A stretch of 63,769 bases of DNA, filler included, from Folioceros fuciformis (taxonomy: Eukaryota), in assembly GCA_049999805.1 (NCBI GenBank). It is 6 parts of 6 records of this genome, joined end to end, with 100 filler letters (N's around TTAATTAATTAA, not from the genome) between each part and the next. Parts side by side here need not be neighbours in the genome. Positions count along the whole stretch, not along the records: positions 1 to 31,229 come from JBNGIO010001855.1; 5 more parts are not named here. One strand, 5' to 3'. The notes beneath the pieces were generated by a model. That model was not told the DNA's origin, made no database searches, and saw only the letters and a program-made list of their open reading frames with translations. Both the position numbers and the translations under genes were made by a program. Shown piece after piece: positions 1-13,469 of this stretch (positions within the stretch are counted from its first letter, which is position 1; every line of letters begins with the position of its first letter).

Positions 1-128
1 TCGTTCTCGCCTCCCCCGCCCTGCTCCAAGGCCATCTCCCGGGAGGCCGTGAAGCGGGCGAGCACTGCAGACCAAAACTCCTCTTTCACGGCCCCCCAGA
101 TAAAATGAATCAATCGATCGCCTTCTGA

Positions 129-137
129 AAACCCTAA
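129..137 (+). promoter_or_regulatory. Telo-box (AAACCCTAA) upstream of SSADH
   Basis: Exact AAACCCTAA about 340 bp upstream of the proposed SSADH start. Function is not shown. Confidence 0.35.
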
Positions 138-471
138 CGCGTCATTTCTGTTGCAACGCGGCCGATGAGACGATGGCGTCCAATCCGAGAGGGAGACGGA
201 GGATCCGGAAGCGAGGGGGGAAGAGCAAGGCACCGGCACAAGCAGAGGCACGGGAAACGGGCCTGCGGGCCCGTGATGGCAGCCAAGCGCGCCAGGAGAG
301 ACCGCTGTTGAAAGCTCCTGGAAGACGACGCTGGAGTGGAAAGCGGCTGCCAGTGTTGTGGTCGGACGCTGAGCTTGGTGTCACTAGCCCATTCGCCGCC
401 CCCGATTTCGTTTCCTTTTCGTTTTTGTGACTCTGGTGCGGGTTTATTAAGGAGATGAAAATGCGCGTGGC

Positions 472-3400
472 ATGGGCGTGACGCGGCTTCGACGTCGTGC
501 ATTGTTCGAGAGATGCAGCTGTGGAGGTGGCAGTTGCGGACATGTGCAAGTGTCACAGGGCTGGTCTGGTCTGAGTCGTGTGCGCGGGTTGCATCTCGTC
601 GGGCGCCTTGCCGGATCGCCGACGCCTGTGGGCTGCGAACGGTGGGTGGTTGTGGGTGTACGGAATTTGGGGGAGGTGTGAGTGGGTTCTTGCGTTTGAT
701 GTGGTTGCGAGAGTAGAATTGGCGTGGTGTGCTGCTGGGATTACAGATTTTCGAGCAGGGATGGGGCGGAACTGAAGTCGGGGAGGTCGAATTGGGATTG
801 GATTGTGACAGTGTCGACAGTCACGAGTGGCTGACGAGGTTGCTGCTGGCGTGCAGATGGGGTCGAGTACGGGGTCTCGGGCGGAGGATGTTGTCAGGCA
901 GTTGCTGCAATTGAAGCTGTTGCGGTCGCAGGGGTTGGTCGGAGGGAAGTGGGTCGGCGCTGTCGATGGTCGGAGTTTGGCGGTATTTGAATGCTGCTTT
1001 GCTTGCGGGGAATTCATCTAGCTGGGTGCAGACGGGTATTGAAGTTCTTGGCCTGGACTGGACTGTGTCCCGGTGTTGTGCTCTTGCCCGAACAGGTGCA
1101 TAACCCAGCCACAGGGGAACACATTGTGGACGTGCCTTACATGGGTAGGCAGGAGGCGGATGCTGCTATCGATGCAGCTCATGGTGCTCTGCATGGTCCG
1201 TATGCCCAGCTGTAGATGCGGGTGAAGCGCGTAGGTTTCGCAATTCTTTATTTCTTGGTTGACTGTCTGGGTGTAGATTGGAGCCGAAGGACAGCGGCAG
1301 AACGCAGCAAGCTTCTGCGGAATTGGTGAGGCACTAGAGTGTGCGAAGTCTTTGTATACAGGCTTTAGAGAGTGAGTGAGTTTGCATGGAAAGCAGTCTG
1401 CAGGGGACTCTTCCCAGTGCGGTTGGTTTTTGTCTGGATGCTTGTGGTATTGCATTGTACATGGATCGTAAAGTTTGGTCGGTTCCGTGAATTGAAGGTA
1501 CAATTCGTTGATGGAGCAGCATGTCAACCTCGCGCAGCTGATCACCCTTGAGCAAGGAAAGCCACTTAAGGAAGCGTTGGGAGAGGTTCGCAAATGCGAT
1601 TGCTGCTGTGCTTTGGCTTACGGGTGCTCGGCGTAGCCACTAAACTGTCACGACCAGGTGGCCTACGGAGCTAGCTTTGTGGAATTCTTTGCGGAAGAGG
1701 CCAAGCGCATATATGGTGACATCATACCGGCACCTTCAGCTGACAAACGGATCTTGGTGCTTAAGCAGGTACAGATCTTGTAGCTGTCTCACTACCCAGA
1801 ATTAGAATCTGATCATGCTGTAGCCTTGATTTAATGCAGCAGCTTGAGAGCAACACTTAATTCTGCCGACCTGTGCAGCCTATTGGGGTTGTAGGGGCCA
1901 TCACGCCTTGGAACTTCCCCTTAGCAATGATCACCCGTAAGGTGTGTGGATGTGATATTTTTCTTTCGAACTTTTGATGGTGATGCACTATTTGGCCTCG
2001 CACTGCTTCCCGTGAACTGATTAGTTACGTTTATATTCCTAATTGATGTTTCGGAATCACATCGCAGGTTGCCCCTGCTCTTGCTGCTGGTTGTACAGTC
2101 GTTGTCAAGCCAGCCGAGCTCACTCCCTTAACAGCATTGGCTGTGGCAGCACTAGCCATTGATGCAGGCATACCGCCAGTACTGTCTCTACATCCTTCTC
2201 TCCTCATTGCATATTGCACCCCTTGTATAAGAGCCATCTGTAGGTCTAGTTACCTTGGTCTTTCAGTCCTCCAATCTTTCTTCAATGAACAGCTGATATT
2301 AGTTGCAACGACCTCTGTGGATGCAGGGCGTGGTTAATGTAGTAATGGGGGATGCTGTTGAAATAGGATCTGCACTGTTGCAGAGTACTAAGGTTGGTTG
2401 ACACATCAGCTGCTCACCCAACTTTCTCTCAAAATTTGCTGTGTTGTCAGAGTCCATGTATAGATTTCGTAGAACTGATGTGGTCCTCATTTAGGGTATA
2501 ATATTGCTCGCAGGTTCGTAAGATTTCTTTCACGGGGTCAACTGCTGTTGGGAAACACCTAATGGCTGGAGCCGCTGCAACTGTGAAGAAGGTGGGCACT
2601 TGTCTACCCTGTTGCGTACTAAAACACCTCTGTAGCCTCATTGCAACAGGATGCTGGATGAATCTCTCAGGTGTCTCTAGAGTTGGGTGGGAATGCACCT
2701 TGTATTGTTTTCAACGATGCCAACATTGATGTCGCAGTGAAGGGTGCTGTAAGTTGATCATTGTTCAACCAAAAATCTTTTCACATTAGTGGCATCTCTT
2801 ACTTGCGGCAGAGTTGAGCTCATACGTTGAATCTCTTATACTTTCTGTTGTGACAGTTGGCAGCCAAATATCGAAATTCAGGTCAAACGTGTGTTTGTGT
2901 CAACAGAATTCTCGTGCAGGATGGTATGAGCTCCTGTTATCCATCTTCATGCCCTTTCGGAACAGGATGGTGTATGTTTTAAGGAAGTAGGTAGGCAAAG
3001 AAAGTGCTGACCGCAACACTTTGATGATTGTTGGCTGTCCACTATTTGAATCTTGTGTAGTTTCCAACATATCCTAACGTACTGAGTCCCAGAAATCCTG
3101 ACCTTGCTCGTTGTGTCATGCTGAACGAGATAGGCATCTACTCAAGATTTGCAGAAGCTTTTGTAAAGGCTGTGGCGACACTGCAAGTTGGCAACGGTCT
3201 GGAAGATGGAGTTAGTCAGGTGAGTAGCTCTGTACTTAGCCATGTGTGGGCCACTTCTGGCTTTGTAAGTCTGGCAGAATTCAGTCAGATGCCATATGTT
3301 CATGGGAACGTGTCTGATGTGTGCGGTGTGGTTGTGTGGAAGATGCATTAACAGGGTCCTTTGATAAATGAGGCAGCTGTCGTGAAGGTGAAATTCTGAA

Positions 3401-4428
3401 CATTCTACAGCCACTTGCCCTGATACACTATCGTCTGGAACCATCTTTGGTTGAGGTTCTCATCTTTTTTGAATGCTCCTGGTGCTTTCAGGTTGAGAAA
3501 CATCTGACAGATGCTGTATCTAAGGTAAACCCTCCTCTACCGACAAAGGTGTTGAATGACAGCTCTTTGGTTCACAAGCGTGGGTTGCAGTTTTAAGTTG
3601 GTAGCCCACGGTTCTGTATGAACGGCTTTTTACACTTGCGCAGGGAGCTAAAGTGTTAGCTGGTGGGAAACGGCACGGGCTAGGATACACATTCTATGAG
3701 CCAACAGTTCTTGGAGATGCCACTGACGATATGCTTATATCCAGGTTCATAGTTTTTCTCTTCTATGCGGACATTTGAAAGCGGTTCGGAAAATCGAAGA
3801 TACAATCGCCTCCGTTTCTTTCTTCATACGTCCTACACATGCACTTGCAGGGAGGAGGTCTTTGGGCCAGTGGCACCACTTATTCGATTTAAAACTGATG
3901 ATGAGGGCATCCGGATGGCAAACGACACAGAATTCGGTACATGTGTTTTTGGTTTTCCTCGGTTCAGCCTCACCCTAGATCCCAAGTGCTCTGACTCTTG
4001 ATTTGTTTCTACAGGCTTGGCATCTTACATCTTCACCGAGAACATTTCCAGAGCCTGGCGGGTTGCAGAAGCTCTGGAATACGGGATGGTCGGTTTGAAT
4101 GACGGGATCATATCCAATGAGGTGTCTATCGCGGAATGCCGAAGCTGATTTCAGTCGTTATTATTGCGCATACATGATCACATGACACTTCCCTTTTGGC
4201 TTTTCCAGGTTGCTCCGTTCGGAGGTGTTAAAGAATCCGGCATTGGCAGAGAAGGTTCGAAATACGGGATCGATGAGTACCTCGAGGTGTCCCCTCGCTC
4301 ACGTCGCAGTGGCGGAAGTGTAGATATTAGCTTTTGGTTCGGTTGCATTCTGCGAGAGACTGAATGGTTGCGTGGTTGGTTGTCAATCGCAGGTGAAATA
4401 CTTGTGCCTTGGTAACATGAAGGCCTAG
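472..4428 (+). CDS. SSADH: Succinate-semialdehyde dehydrogenase (ALDH5 family), multi-exon, probably mitochondrial
   Basis: Spliced exons give ALDH5 motifs: [62 protein letters not shown] (catalytic Cys), [34 protein letters not shown], ending [11 protein letters not shown] (TAG 4426-4428). Exon 1 (472-549, Arg-rich transit-like peptide spliced to 857) is tentative. Confidence 0.93.
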
Positions 4429-5051
4429 GATCGACATAGGCTTCGGATGCTTGCTAGTCTCTGTGGAGCAAGATTTTAGCAGGCACTTTCTCGGTGCACT
4501 GCTGTTCTTCGAGGTTGCTCCTTTGCTAGATTGTGTGAAATCTGTGGAAACTCGTGAAGCAGCGTCAGAGGACAGACATGTCGAGTTCAGCTTTCGTTAG
4601 CTCCATCGGAGTCGTGATCTAAATGTCCTACACTGCCTCTCCCCGGCAGCAGCTGTAAAGTGATCTGTATTATGCAAAGGGTCGTTTCTACGCGTTCTGT
4701 TCTCTCGTTCGTAGTCCCCTCGGGCGCAAGTGTGATTACGGGCTTACGTCATTAAGCGATTGGTTAAAAGAACAGGCGAAAAAATAGAAACTTACCGGAC
4801 ACGAGTCAGGTGTTCATCAATAGGCTGGTAGAAGCCGAATTATCTAGGCTCGAGTTTAACCGTCGTGCTTATTTGCAGCAGAAAGGCGTAAGTGGACAGG
4901 AGCCCGTCTGTACACAAAACTAGTCCCAGGCGTTATTAGGGCTCGGCTTGGCCGACGCTCTTCCTTTTCTCGCCGTTCTAGTGCGGCTAGCTCTCATTGG
5001 CAGCGCAGGCTTGTTTTTGTGTTGCGGCCTTCGTTTCGACAGTTTTCAGCC

Positions 5052-8000
5052 ATGTCGTCCCGATTCTGGACTCACGAGGTATGTTAGGGTCACAGCAGAG
5101 CTCCCTCTCATGTTTTGTTCCTGAATGGAAGGCCCTGTATGGAGGACAGTGTGGAGCTGCGCTCTGTTTGTGGCCTGGGGTTTAGGTGTGTGCGGTGGAA
5201 TTAGGTCTTGTACATAGGAGGGTTTATAACGGGGGATTGGTGGACGCTCATTTTCAGCGTTTCACGGATGTCACCCTGATCTGCTGTCCGTGTGGGCTTG
5301 GATCTGAGGACAGAAGTGGGATGGCTTGCCCTTCTGAATTTCCAAGCTTGGCTTCATTTCGCTGGTTTGACTTGTCTCTGGATGTGAGGTGCTACAGAGC
5401 GATGACAGTGAAGGTGAAGAGGAGGAGAGCGAGGTCGAGGAGGAGGTTGGACCCGGTGGCGATGGAGGCCAGGGGCCAGCTTCCAAGTACATCCAAGGTT
5501 TCGAGGGTGACAGTGAGGATTCGGAGGACCTGCGGAGAGTTGTTCGATCTACCAAGGATAAAAGGTTCGACGAAATGGCCACCACGGTTGAGCAGATGAA
5601 GAATCACATGAAGATCAACGACTGGGTCAGTTTGCAGGAGAGCTTCGAGAAGCTCAACAAGCAGCTGGAGAAGGTGCTTCGGATAACGGAAACGGACATT
5701 GTGCCCCGCCTCTACATCAAGGCTCTTGTACTGTTGGAAGACTTTCTCTTGCAGGCGTTGGCGAATAAAGATGCTAAGAAGAAAATGAGTGCCAGTAACT
5801 CCAAGGCTCTCAACTACATGAAGCAGAAGCTGAAGAAAAACAACAAGCTGTATGAGGTTCAGATTGCTAATTTGAGGGCCAACCCGGAATCTGAAGATGA
5901 GCAGGAGCAAGATGATGAGGATGAGGACGAGGACCTGGAGAACTATAGTGAGGAGGAACCTGCTCAGATTGCTGGTGGATTGGATTCTGAGGAGGAGGGG
6001 GAAGATGCAGACGAGGATGGTGAGTGGGAAAAACAGAAAGGGAAGAAGGAAAGGCTGAATGATAAGAGGTTCAACAAGGATCCTAGTGAGATCACATGGG
6101 ATATGGTGGATAAGAAGCTCAAGGAGATCATTGCTGCTCGAGGTAGGAAAGGAACTGACAGGGCTGAACAAGTTGAGCAGCTTGCCTACCTTTCACGAGT
6201 GGCTAAAACGCCTGCGCAAAAGCTTGAGGTGATGGTGCACGTTGTCTCAGCGCAGTTTGATGTGAACCCGAGCCTCAATACGCACATGCCCATTTCGGTC
6301 TGGAAAAAGTGTGTTCAGAATGTGCTGGTCATTCTGGATATTCTTCATCAGTACCGGAACATCACCATGGATGAGGCTCCCGAGCTTGAAGCAGAGAACG
6401 ACACACAGAAGGCTGCGGATTACGATGGTCCCATCCACGTTTGGGGGAATGTTGTAGCATTTCTGGAGCGCATCGATGATGAGCTTTTCAAGAGCTTGCA
6501 GTGTATAGATCCACATACGAAGGAGTACGTGGAAAGGCTGAGAGATGAACCTCTGTTTATGGTGCTTGCCCAGAATGTGCAAGCATATGTTGAGCACATT
6601 GGTGACTTGAAAGCAGCTTCAAGGGTTGCTCTAAGGCGGGTTGAGCATATTTATTACAAGCCGCAGGAGATCTACGAGGCAATGAGAAAGCTTGCTGAGG
6701 CCCAAGACCACGTGGACACTGCAGCCACTGACATTGAAGTGGCCGATGGCGAGGAAGAGGATGAAGGGGTAGCTCCCTCTGGAGAAGCAAGGGTAGCTGG
6801 AGATTCCAAGCCAGCAGCTGAGTCACGAGGTCCGACGTCTTTTGTACCCACTCCAGAACTTGTCTCGCGAAGACCAGTCTTCCCTGAAAACAGTAGAACT
6901 ATCATGGATCAGCTGCTTGGAATAATATACAAGCATGGGGAAGAGCGCACTAAAGCTAGGGCCATGCTGTGTGACATATACCACCATGCGATTTCAGAGG
7001 AGTTCCACACTTCTAGAGATTTGCTGTTGATGAGCCATCTCCAGGACAGCGTGCAGCAGATGGACATTTCTACTCAGATTCTCTTCAATCGTGCCATGGC
7101 GCAGCTGGGCCTCTGTGCTTTTCGCACCTCGCTGATAAACGATGCGCACAGCTGTCTTTCGGAGCTATATGCTGGTGGCCGGGTCAAAGAATTGTTGGCA
7201 CAGGGTGTTTCGCAAAGCAGATATCACGAGAAGAACCCAGAGCAGGTAGACAGCGTAACCTATCATGTGTTTGTGGATGTTTGAGTATATTGTAGCGTTA
7301 TGCTCTCATGAATCTGATTAAAAATGTTCTGTGCTGAACTTTTATATACTCAGGAGAAGCTTGAGCGCAGGAGGCAGATGCCCTTCCACATGCACATCAA
7401 CCTGGAACTACTGGAAGCTGTTCACCTCATCTGCGCCATGCTTCTTGAAGTTCCCAACATGGCTGCCAATGCTCACGACGTGAAGAGAAAGGTTCTCAGC
7501 AAGCCGTTCCGGCGTCTGTTGGACATAAATGAAAGGCAGACATTTACAGGCCCGCCTGAGAATGTGAGGGACCATGTCATGGCAGCTACAAGGGCTTTGG
7601 CGAAGGGGAATTGGCAAAAGGCAGTCGAGGTTGTGGATTGTTTGGATGTCTGGAAGATGCTTCCCAAGCGCGAGTTCGTCCTTAACATGTTGAAGAGCAA
7701 GATCCAAGAGGAAGGACTGCGGACTTACTTGTTCACATTCTGTCCGTGCTACGATTCACTCAGCTTGGAGCAGTTGACAACCATCTTTGACCTCCCTGAG
7801 CCTCTGGTTCACAGTGTTATCAGCAAGATGATGATTGCAGAGGAGCTGCATGCCAGCTGGGATCAGCCTACAAAAACAATTGTGACCCACAATGTGGAGC
7901 CTACCAGGCTTCAAGCTTTGGCTGCACAGTTCGCGGAGAAGCTTACAGTTCTTGTGGACAGCAATGAGAGAGCATTTGATGCTCGCACAGGGGGAGGTGG

Positions 8001-8454
8001 TGACAATTTGGGAGGCAGGAGAAAGGAGGGGGCCCAAGGAGATTATGCTGGTGCCACCTCTGGCAGGCGTGGAGGAGAGTTTTCTGGAGGAGGTCAAGGC
8101 AGACGTCCGGGAGAGTTTTCAGGCGGCGCATTTGGGGATAGGGGAGGATCTGCAGGAGGGGCAGGAGGACGTGGAAACTATGGTGGAGGAAGAGCTGGTG
8201 GAAACCAAAACCGCTCCCAATCTGGAACAGGTGCGGCAGGGGGCTTTTACAGGGATCAGCGTAACTCACAGCAAGGTGCTCGGGGTGTGAGCAACTTTTC
8301 ATCAGGATATCAGAGCACGCGGTATCAGGATGCTTACAGTAGTCTGGGTAGATACCAGAGTGCACCCGTGTCCTCAGCTGCTGCAGCCAGAGGAGCCACA
8401 GCGGATGCCGGTGGCCGCATGGTGAGCCTGACGAGGACAGGGAGTCGATTCTGA
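5052..8454 (+). CDS. eIF3c: Eukaryotic translation initiation factor 3 subunit C
   Basis: Exons 5052-5078 (MSSRFWTHE), ~5398-7245 and 7354-8454. Motifs [31 protein letters not shown] and a PCI domain ending ASWDQPT, followed by a Gly/Arg-rich tail. Confidence 0.96.
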
Positions 8455-9257
8455 GAACTATTTGACCCCATGTTTACTTTGACATACTGCTGAAACTTAG
8501 TGACGGCACTAAGTCTTACCGTATCGTCCGGCAGGTAATTGAGATTTGGTTTAGGTACGATCCTGGGGCCCTTTTGAATGCGTGTGTTCCTGTGTTTAGT
8601 CAGTCCTGGGCAATTTGTGAGGCTCCTGACTGGTAGAAATGAGATGGTGGCCCCTTTTTTTGATTCTGGGGCCATGGAATACGGATAGCCTTTCGAGTGA
8701 CAAGGACGTGGGATGAAGAGGACGTTTTTCTAGTTCCCTCAGCCCCGATCTCGAGCGCATGTCAACCGCATGTTGCACGCACCGTCTCCAGTAGCAATCG
8801 ATTTCGCTTCTAATTGAAATGGGACAGATTTTTATTTCAGCAGGGTTTATCTGGGATGTATGATACCTGGGCGTACGGTGTAACTTTGAAAGCTCTTCAT
8901 TTAGAAGGGCTTTCCCCTTGGTGCTACATCTTGCCAATGGGCGAGGTAGCGGGATGAGAGGCAAGCTTGTTCACGACTGGTAATTATGGGATTATAATAA
9001 GGTTACCATGAAGAGGTGCTGTAAAGACGAGATGTAAATATCACCATGAACCGTGATGCGAGGAACGGGATGTCAGGAAATAGAGTTCAACCGGTCAAAT
9101 ATGTACAGGTAAAATATTAATATTGATAGCATAAAATATTAAATTCTTTCACAACCCGTGTTTTGTTTTAAACCCCACGGTGGAAGGGCCGGTGCTTTTA
9201 ATGTGGTTCAGTAATAAGTAGGCACGGCGAACGGGTTCACGCAATGCAACTACATAC

Positions 9258-9276
9258 GTATGTATGTATGTATGTA
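9258..9276. repeat. (GTAT)n microsatellite
   Basis: gtatgtatgtatgtatgta is directly visible. Confidence 0.7.
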
Positions 9277-9436
9277 CATACCTACCTATTCCGACTCTTG
9301 CTCTTACTGTGCCTGTACGGCGGTCTTTCTTATGGGAGTCGCTGTATACGGTGTTGTTTCTACGGTCCCTGAGACATAGGATAGTGAGGAGGCTTGAGCT
9401 CCATGCGGATCTTGAGGGAATAGGTGGGCAGGCAGG

Positions 9437-11856
9437 ATGGGGAGTGCGGGTGTGGAGGATGATGCAGCTTTGAGTGATTTTGAGGATCTGGAGGCGGCTC
9501 CAGCGGTGGTTGCTGTGTCCAACAATGTCGGGGTTGCAGAAAGTCTCAGGGTACTGCGGGCAGAGATTGAGGCAGAAAAGCAGGCTCGCGCTGCAGCGGA
9601 ATCTGAGCGGAATGAGATTCGCGCAAAATTTGACAGGCTCAAGGTGAACGCGCAAGATATGGCAAGACATCGGGACGAAGCCATGCGCCATCGGGATGAA
9701 GGTCTGCGGGCCAATACCGAGCTGACTCGGCAGCTCGAGGAGGCACTGAGGCAGAAGGAGGAGTTGCAGAAGCAGAGGGATGATACTCACAAGCTGCGAG
9801 AATCGGCGAGGTCTGAGATAGAGGTGACGGCACGCCTCCTGGTGAGCATGGCAGAGAAAATTACCGGGTCGGTTAGCGGGATGAAGAAATTTCCCGGGAA
9901 GCTGCCCAGGCCTTCCGATGCCAAGTACACTGGTGTTGCGGCCATTGCCTTCGGGTTCAGCAAGAGGATGGAAGAGGTGGTGGAAGAGGTCGTGAGGCAA
10001 CGGGATGCTATGGCCAAGGCGAGAGATGAGTTGCAGCAGCAGGTTGAGGAGTTGACCAGACAGCGTGATGCCGCTGCTCAAGTGAGGGATCGGGTGAACG
10101 AGCAGCTGGAGCAGCAGAATTACAGCAATGCTATCGAGCTTTCGCAATTAGAAGCATCTGCAAGTGAGCTTAGACTGGAGTGTGAGCGGAGTCGTCAAGA
10201 AATTGAGAGGTTGAAACAAGTTGCAGCCGAGAAGAACGAGGTGGAGCGGAACCTCAAACTAGAGACTCAGCGGAAAGACAGGCTCCTCACACAGCAGACT
10301 TCTGTAGTAGCCGCTGTTGGTAAAAGCCTGCTTGACACTGCGCGTTTCATGCAAATTGATGCCGAGACCTTGCCTCGCCTTCCAGTTGCGGGTGGAGAGG
10401 ACATTGGCCCTGAAATTTTGCAGGAGCAGGCAGAGGGGTTCATAAAACTTGTGGATATGATTTGCACCTGCTGGAAATTGGAAGATGAGTCATTGCAGAA
10501 AATTAAGGCGGACGCAGAGATCGTCAAGCAAAACTTGTTGGAGGAAAAATTTGAGGTAGCGGAAAAGCTCAAAACTGTACTAGAAGAGAAGGAGAACACT
10601 TTGAAAACCCTCTCTGAACTGAGAATGACACTCATGCAACGACAACTGTCGTTAGATGGACCACAAAATGACGGCACGGAAGATGCATTGTTGGATGCTT
10701 TTGACCGGGGCGAGGGCAACATGCAATTCCAGGTTTGACGAAAATCTGCATCTAGTCTGTTCACGGCACGATGCCTGGTAGGTGGTTTCCTTCTGCCTCA
10801 CAGCTCTTGACGTGTTGGTGACGCTGTTCTGCTGACATAGGTTATAGCTCTTCAGAGCGAAGTTAAGGAACTAAGGGAGGGAAAGGTCAACACGGATAGC
10901 ATTCTCCTTAAAACGAGGTCTGCATGTTGCCAGTCCCTGACCTTTCCCCTTCTTGTGTGCGATTCCGTAAGGTTGTGCGGCCTGTCGAGTTCTTGTGTCT
11001 TGAGAGTGTTAGACCTTAAGGTAAGCTCGTTGGTACTCAATATTTTTTCAGGGCTGAACTCCAGGACTTGAAGAAATCAGCTGCGGAGAGGACAGCACGT
11101 ATTATCCAGCTCGAGAAACGAGAAGCAGATCTTCACTACCAGGTTTCTCTCCTGATTCATGCCAGGTTTTAGTGTTAGGTGTTTCAACTGTCTAGAAACT
11201 CTTGGCAAGGTGCTTTCAAGCTGCACATTGCGCTGTCTGGCTATGCTAAGCAGGTCTGGTAAGGTGTGCAGGTAAAAGCGCTTAAAGAGCACCTCACTGC
11301 AGCAGACGAAGAAGTACTACGTTGGAAAGAGGCAGCCCAAGAAGAAGCTGCAGCCGGAGCTGCTGTTGCTGAAGAGGAAGAGAGATTGAATACCGAGGTT
11401 TGCTCTCGTGGTTCACCTATTGATTAATACTCCGCATGTTTCGCTCTGGTTTTAAGTACGTACTGCAATGCCCTGATTGGCTTCTGGCTGATAACCTGTC
11501 GGCAGGTAGGGGCCCTCAACCAGCAGCTGTCGGAGCTCAGGACGACTCTGTCAGAAACAGCTAACAAGCTCAGATCCAAGGAGGAAATGGCAGCTGCTGC
11601 TATACTTGCTCGCACCACAGCTGAGAGAGCATTGCGCGTTGCAGATGAAAGGGCTGCAGAACTGCGGGAGAGGATGGATGAAATGGCGAGACAATTCGAA
11701 GAGTCTGATCGCAGAGAGGACACGTTGGGTAGTATATGTGCGACATTTACAGGATGTTTTGACGTGTGCTGGCCTTGGTTACGCGGGAGAGGAAGACCCC
11801 AAGAAGCTGTACATGGCTCGGCCGAGATGGAGCAGCTGATGGAGCCTCTCGTGTAA
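9437..11856 (+). CDS. Long coiled-coil protein (resembles the plant At1g24560/At3g49055 type)
   Basis: Exons approximately 9437-10732, 10841-10918, 11052-11142, 11273-11397 and 11506-11856. N-terminal DAALSDFE, internal LPRPSDAKYTGVAAIAFG, heptad repeats, KEEMAAAAILARTTAERALRVADERAAELRER and terminal CWPW...EMEQLMEPLV. Confidence 0.8.
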
Positions 11857-12255
11857 GAGGCTCTCTTATTTGTAAATGGTGGGCACTCCTGATGATTCAA
11901 TGTATCAATTCCTCAAATTATGGACCCTTTTATCGCTGAAGGATTTCACTGAAGTTCCGCCTCCAGAGACTTGAATCTTACTTTTCGTGGTTTGTGTGAG
12001 GTCGCAATCAGGTTTACAGTTGCTACTGCACTACTATACTGTCTCCGCTCTATGAGCAGAGCTCAACCCCAGCCTTCATGCTGCACGTCCTACTTATCCT
12101 TTGTACCTAATTATCCATATCTACCTCGTTATCCAGTCTTTCTAAGTCACAACAAGCTTTGAATGTGAGTGAGCGCGTTTGGTGCTTTAGCATAGTATGG
12201 GAGGAGAAAGAGGAACTAGGTACTCTGAGAGGCTAATCGTGTAGCTTGTCCGACG

Positions 12256-12949
12256 ATGGAGGTGCTGTTGCCCAGCTCGGCTGTTGCTGCGCCCATGTGC
12301 AGCACGACCGGTGGCGTGCGGAACTCGGTGCGGTGGCTTGCGCGGCGGCAGCCTCACCAGGTCAACTGCGTCCATGGCACGAGGGAGTCCTGCCCGGACG
12401 TTGAGCGGCCTCGAGTGAGCCGACGAGATGCAGCTGCGTCTTTGTTGCTGGGAATGATGGCATTCGGCGCGCCTGCGCCTGCCGGGGCAAAAGACGAAAC
12501 TGAAAGCCCAGCCACGCCCAAGAACGAGCTCATTGAGAGTAGGGATTTGAAATGACCATGGATGAGTCACTGTCTGGAGTCCAGATTTGTCAATGTTTTG
12601 GACCCAATCCACGATGGTGCTTGCAGGACTCCTTGAGAGGACGAGAGCGAACAAGGCGAAATATGATAAAGAGGTGAGTTAGTAGGATCTTTCGGTTTGG
12701 GAAATTTCAGGCTCTCCACTATTTTCTCAATGAATTTCCTGCAGCGCCTGGAGAGCTACAACAAACGCAATTTCAAGGACTACTTCGAGTTTGTGGAGGT
12801 ACCTTTTCTCGGCTGTTTTTTGGTTTCGATTTCTTTTCGCATCACCAGCATTCAAGGGGCTTCGGACGTTGCAGGGAAGCATCAGGAACAAGCAAGAAAT
12901 GACCGAGGCAGAGAAAGGCATAATTGAATGGTTGAAGAAAAACAGGTGA
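12256..12949 (+). CDS. Small plastid/thylakoid protein, PsaN-related (At1g49975-like)
   Basis: Transit peptide with SRR plus a hydrophobic stretch (Tat-like). Spliced mature part ELIERLLERTRANKAKYDKERLESYNKRNFKDYFEFVEGSIRNKQEMTEAEKGIIEWLKKNR* over 4 exons. Confidence 0.8.
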
Positions 12950-13469
12950 GATAATAAGATGCAGAGCCAAGGAGCTTAGGCTCGGCTTTCGTAGCTTCCG
13001 CTTCACAGTGACTGAAGGGAAAGTGTCAAGGCCACCTGAACACTGTAAGCCGTCAATGGCGTCTGGACTATTGGGAATAAGTAAATTGAATTAATGCCTG
13101 TCGCGGTGTCTAAATTCCAAAAAATGCGTACTGCTTAAATAGTAATAAAGTGATTGCGCCTCCTTCGAATTTGCGTCACCTGCGCTGCACGCGGGCGAAT
13201 AGTTAAACCTCTGAAGGCAGTCACACAACTGAAGAGAGTTATGGACGTCAAAGTCGTTGAGCGAAGGGAAACTGCCGTTCTCAAAGAGAAGAGACACACC
13301 TGTTCCGAGATCCTAGTTTCCTTCAACCCCTTCTGCTGGTCCTGGTAGGAATCCCCCACGAATGTGCCTACGCCTTCCTAAACACGACAATATGGAACAC
13401 TGAAGCGTAAGGAAAATTCTTGGGCCCTTCCTGGCTTTAGTGAATGAGGACATACCAGTGACTTGCGAA

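Noticed and set aside
1-35. Possible start of a divergent minus-strand gene (ATG at 35, MALEQGGGGEN...)
   Set aside because: Only 11 codons lie inside the window, so it cannot be supported.
5392-6171. Long antisense ORFs opposite eIF3c (also 9149-10147, 40046-40969, 46695-47687, 52508-53245 and 53670-54473)
   Set aside because: These are shadow ORFs caused by codon bias of the real genes on the other strand.
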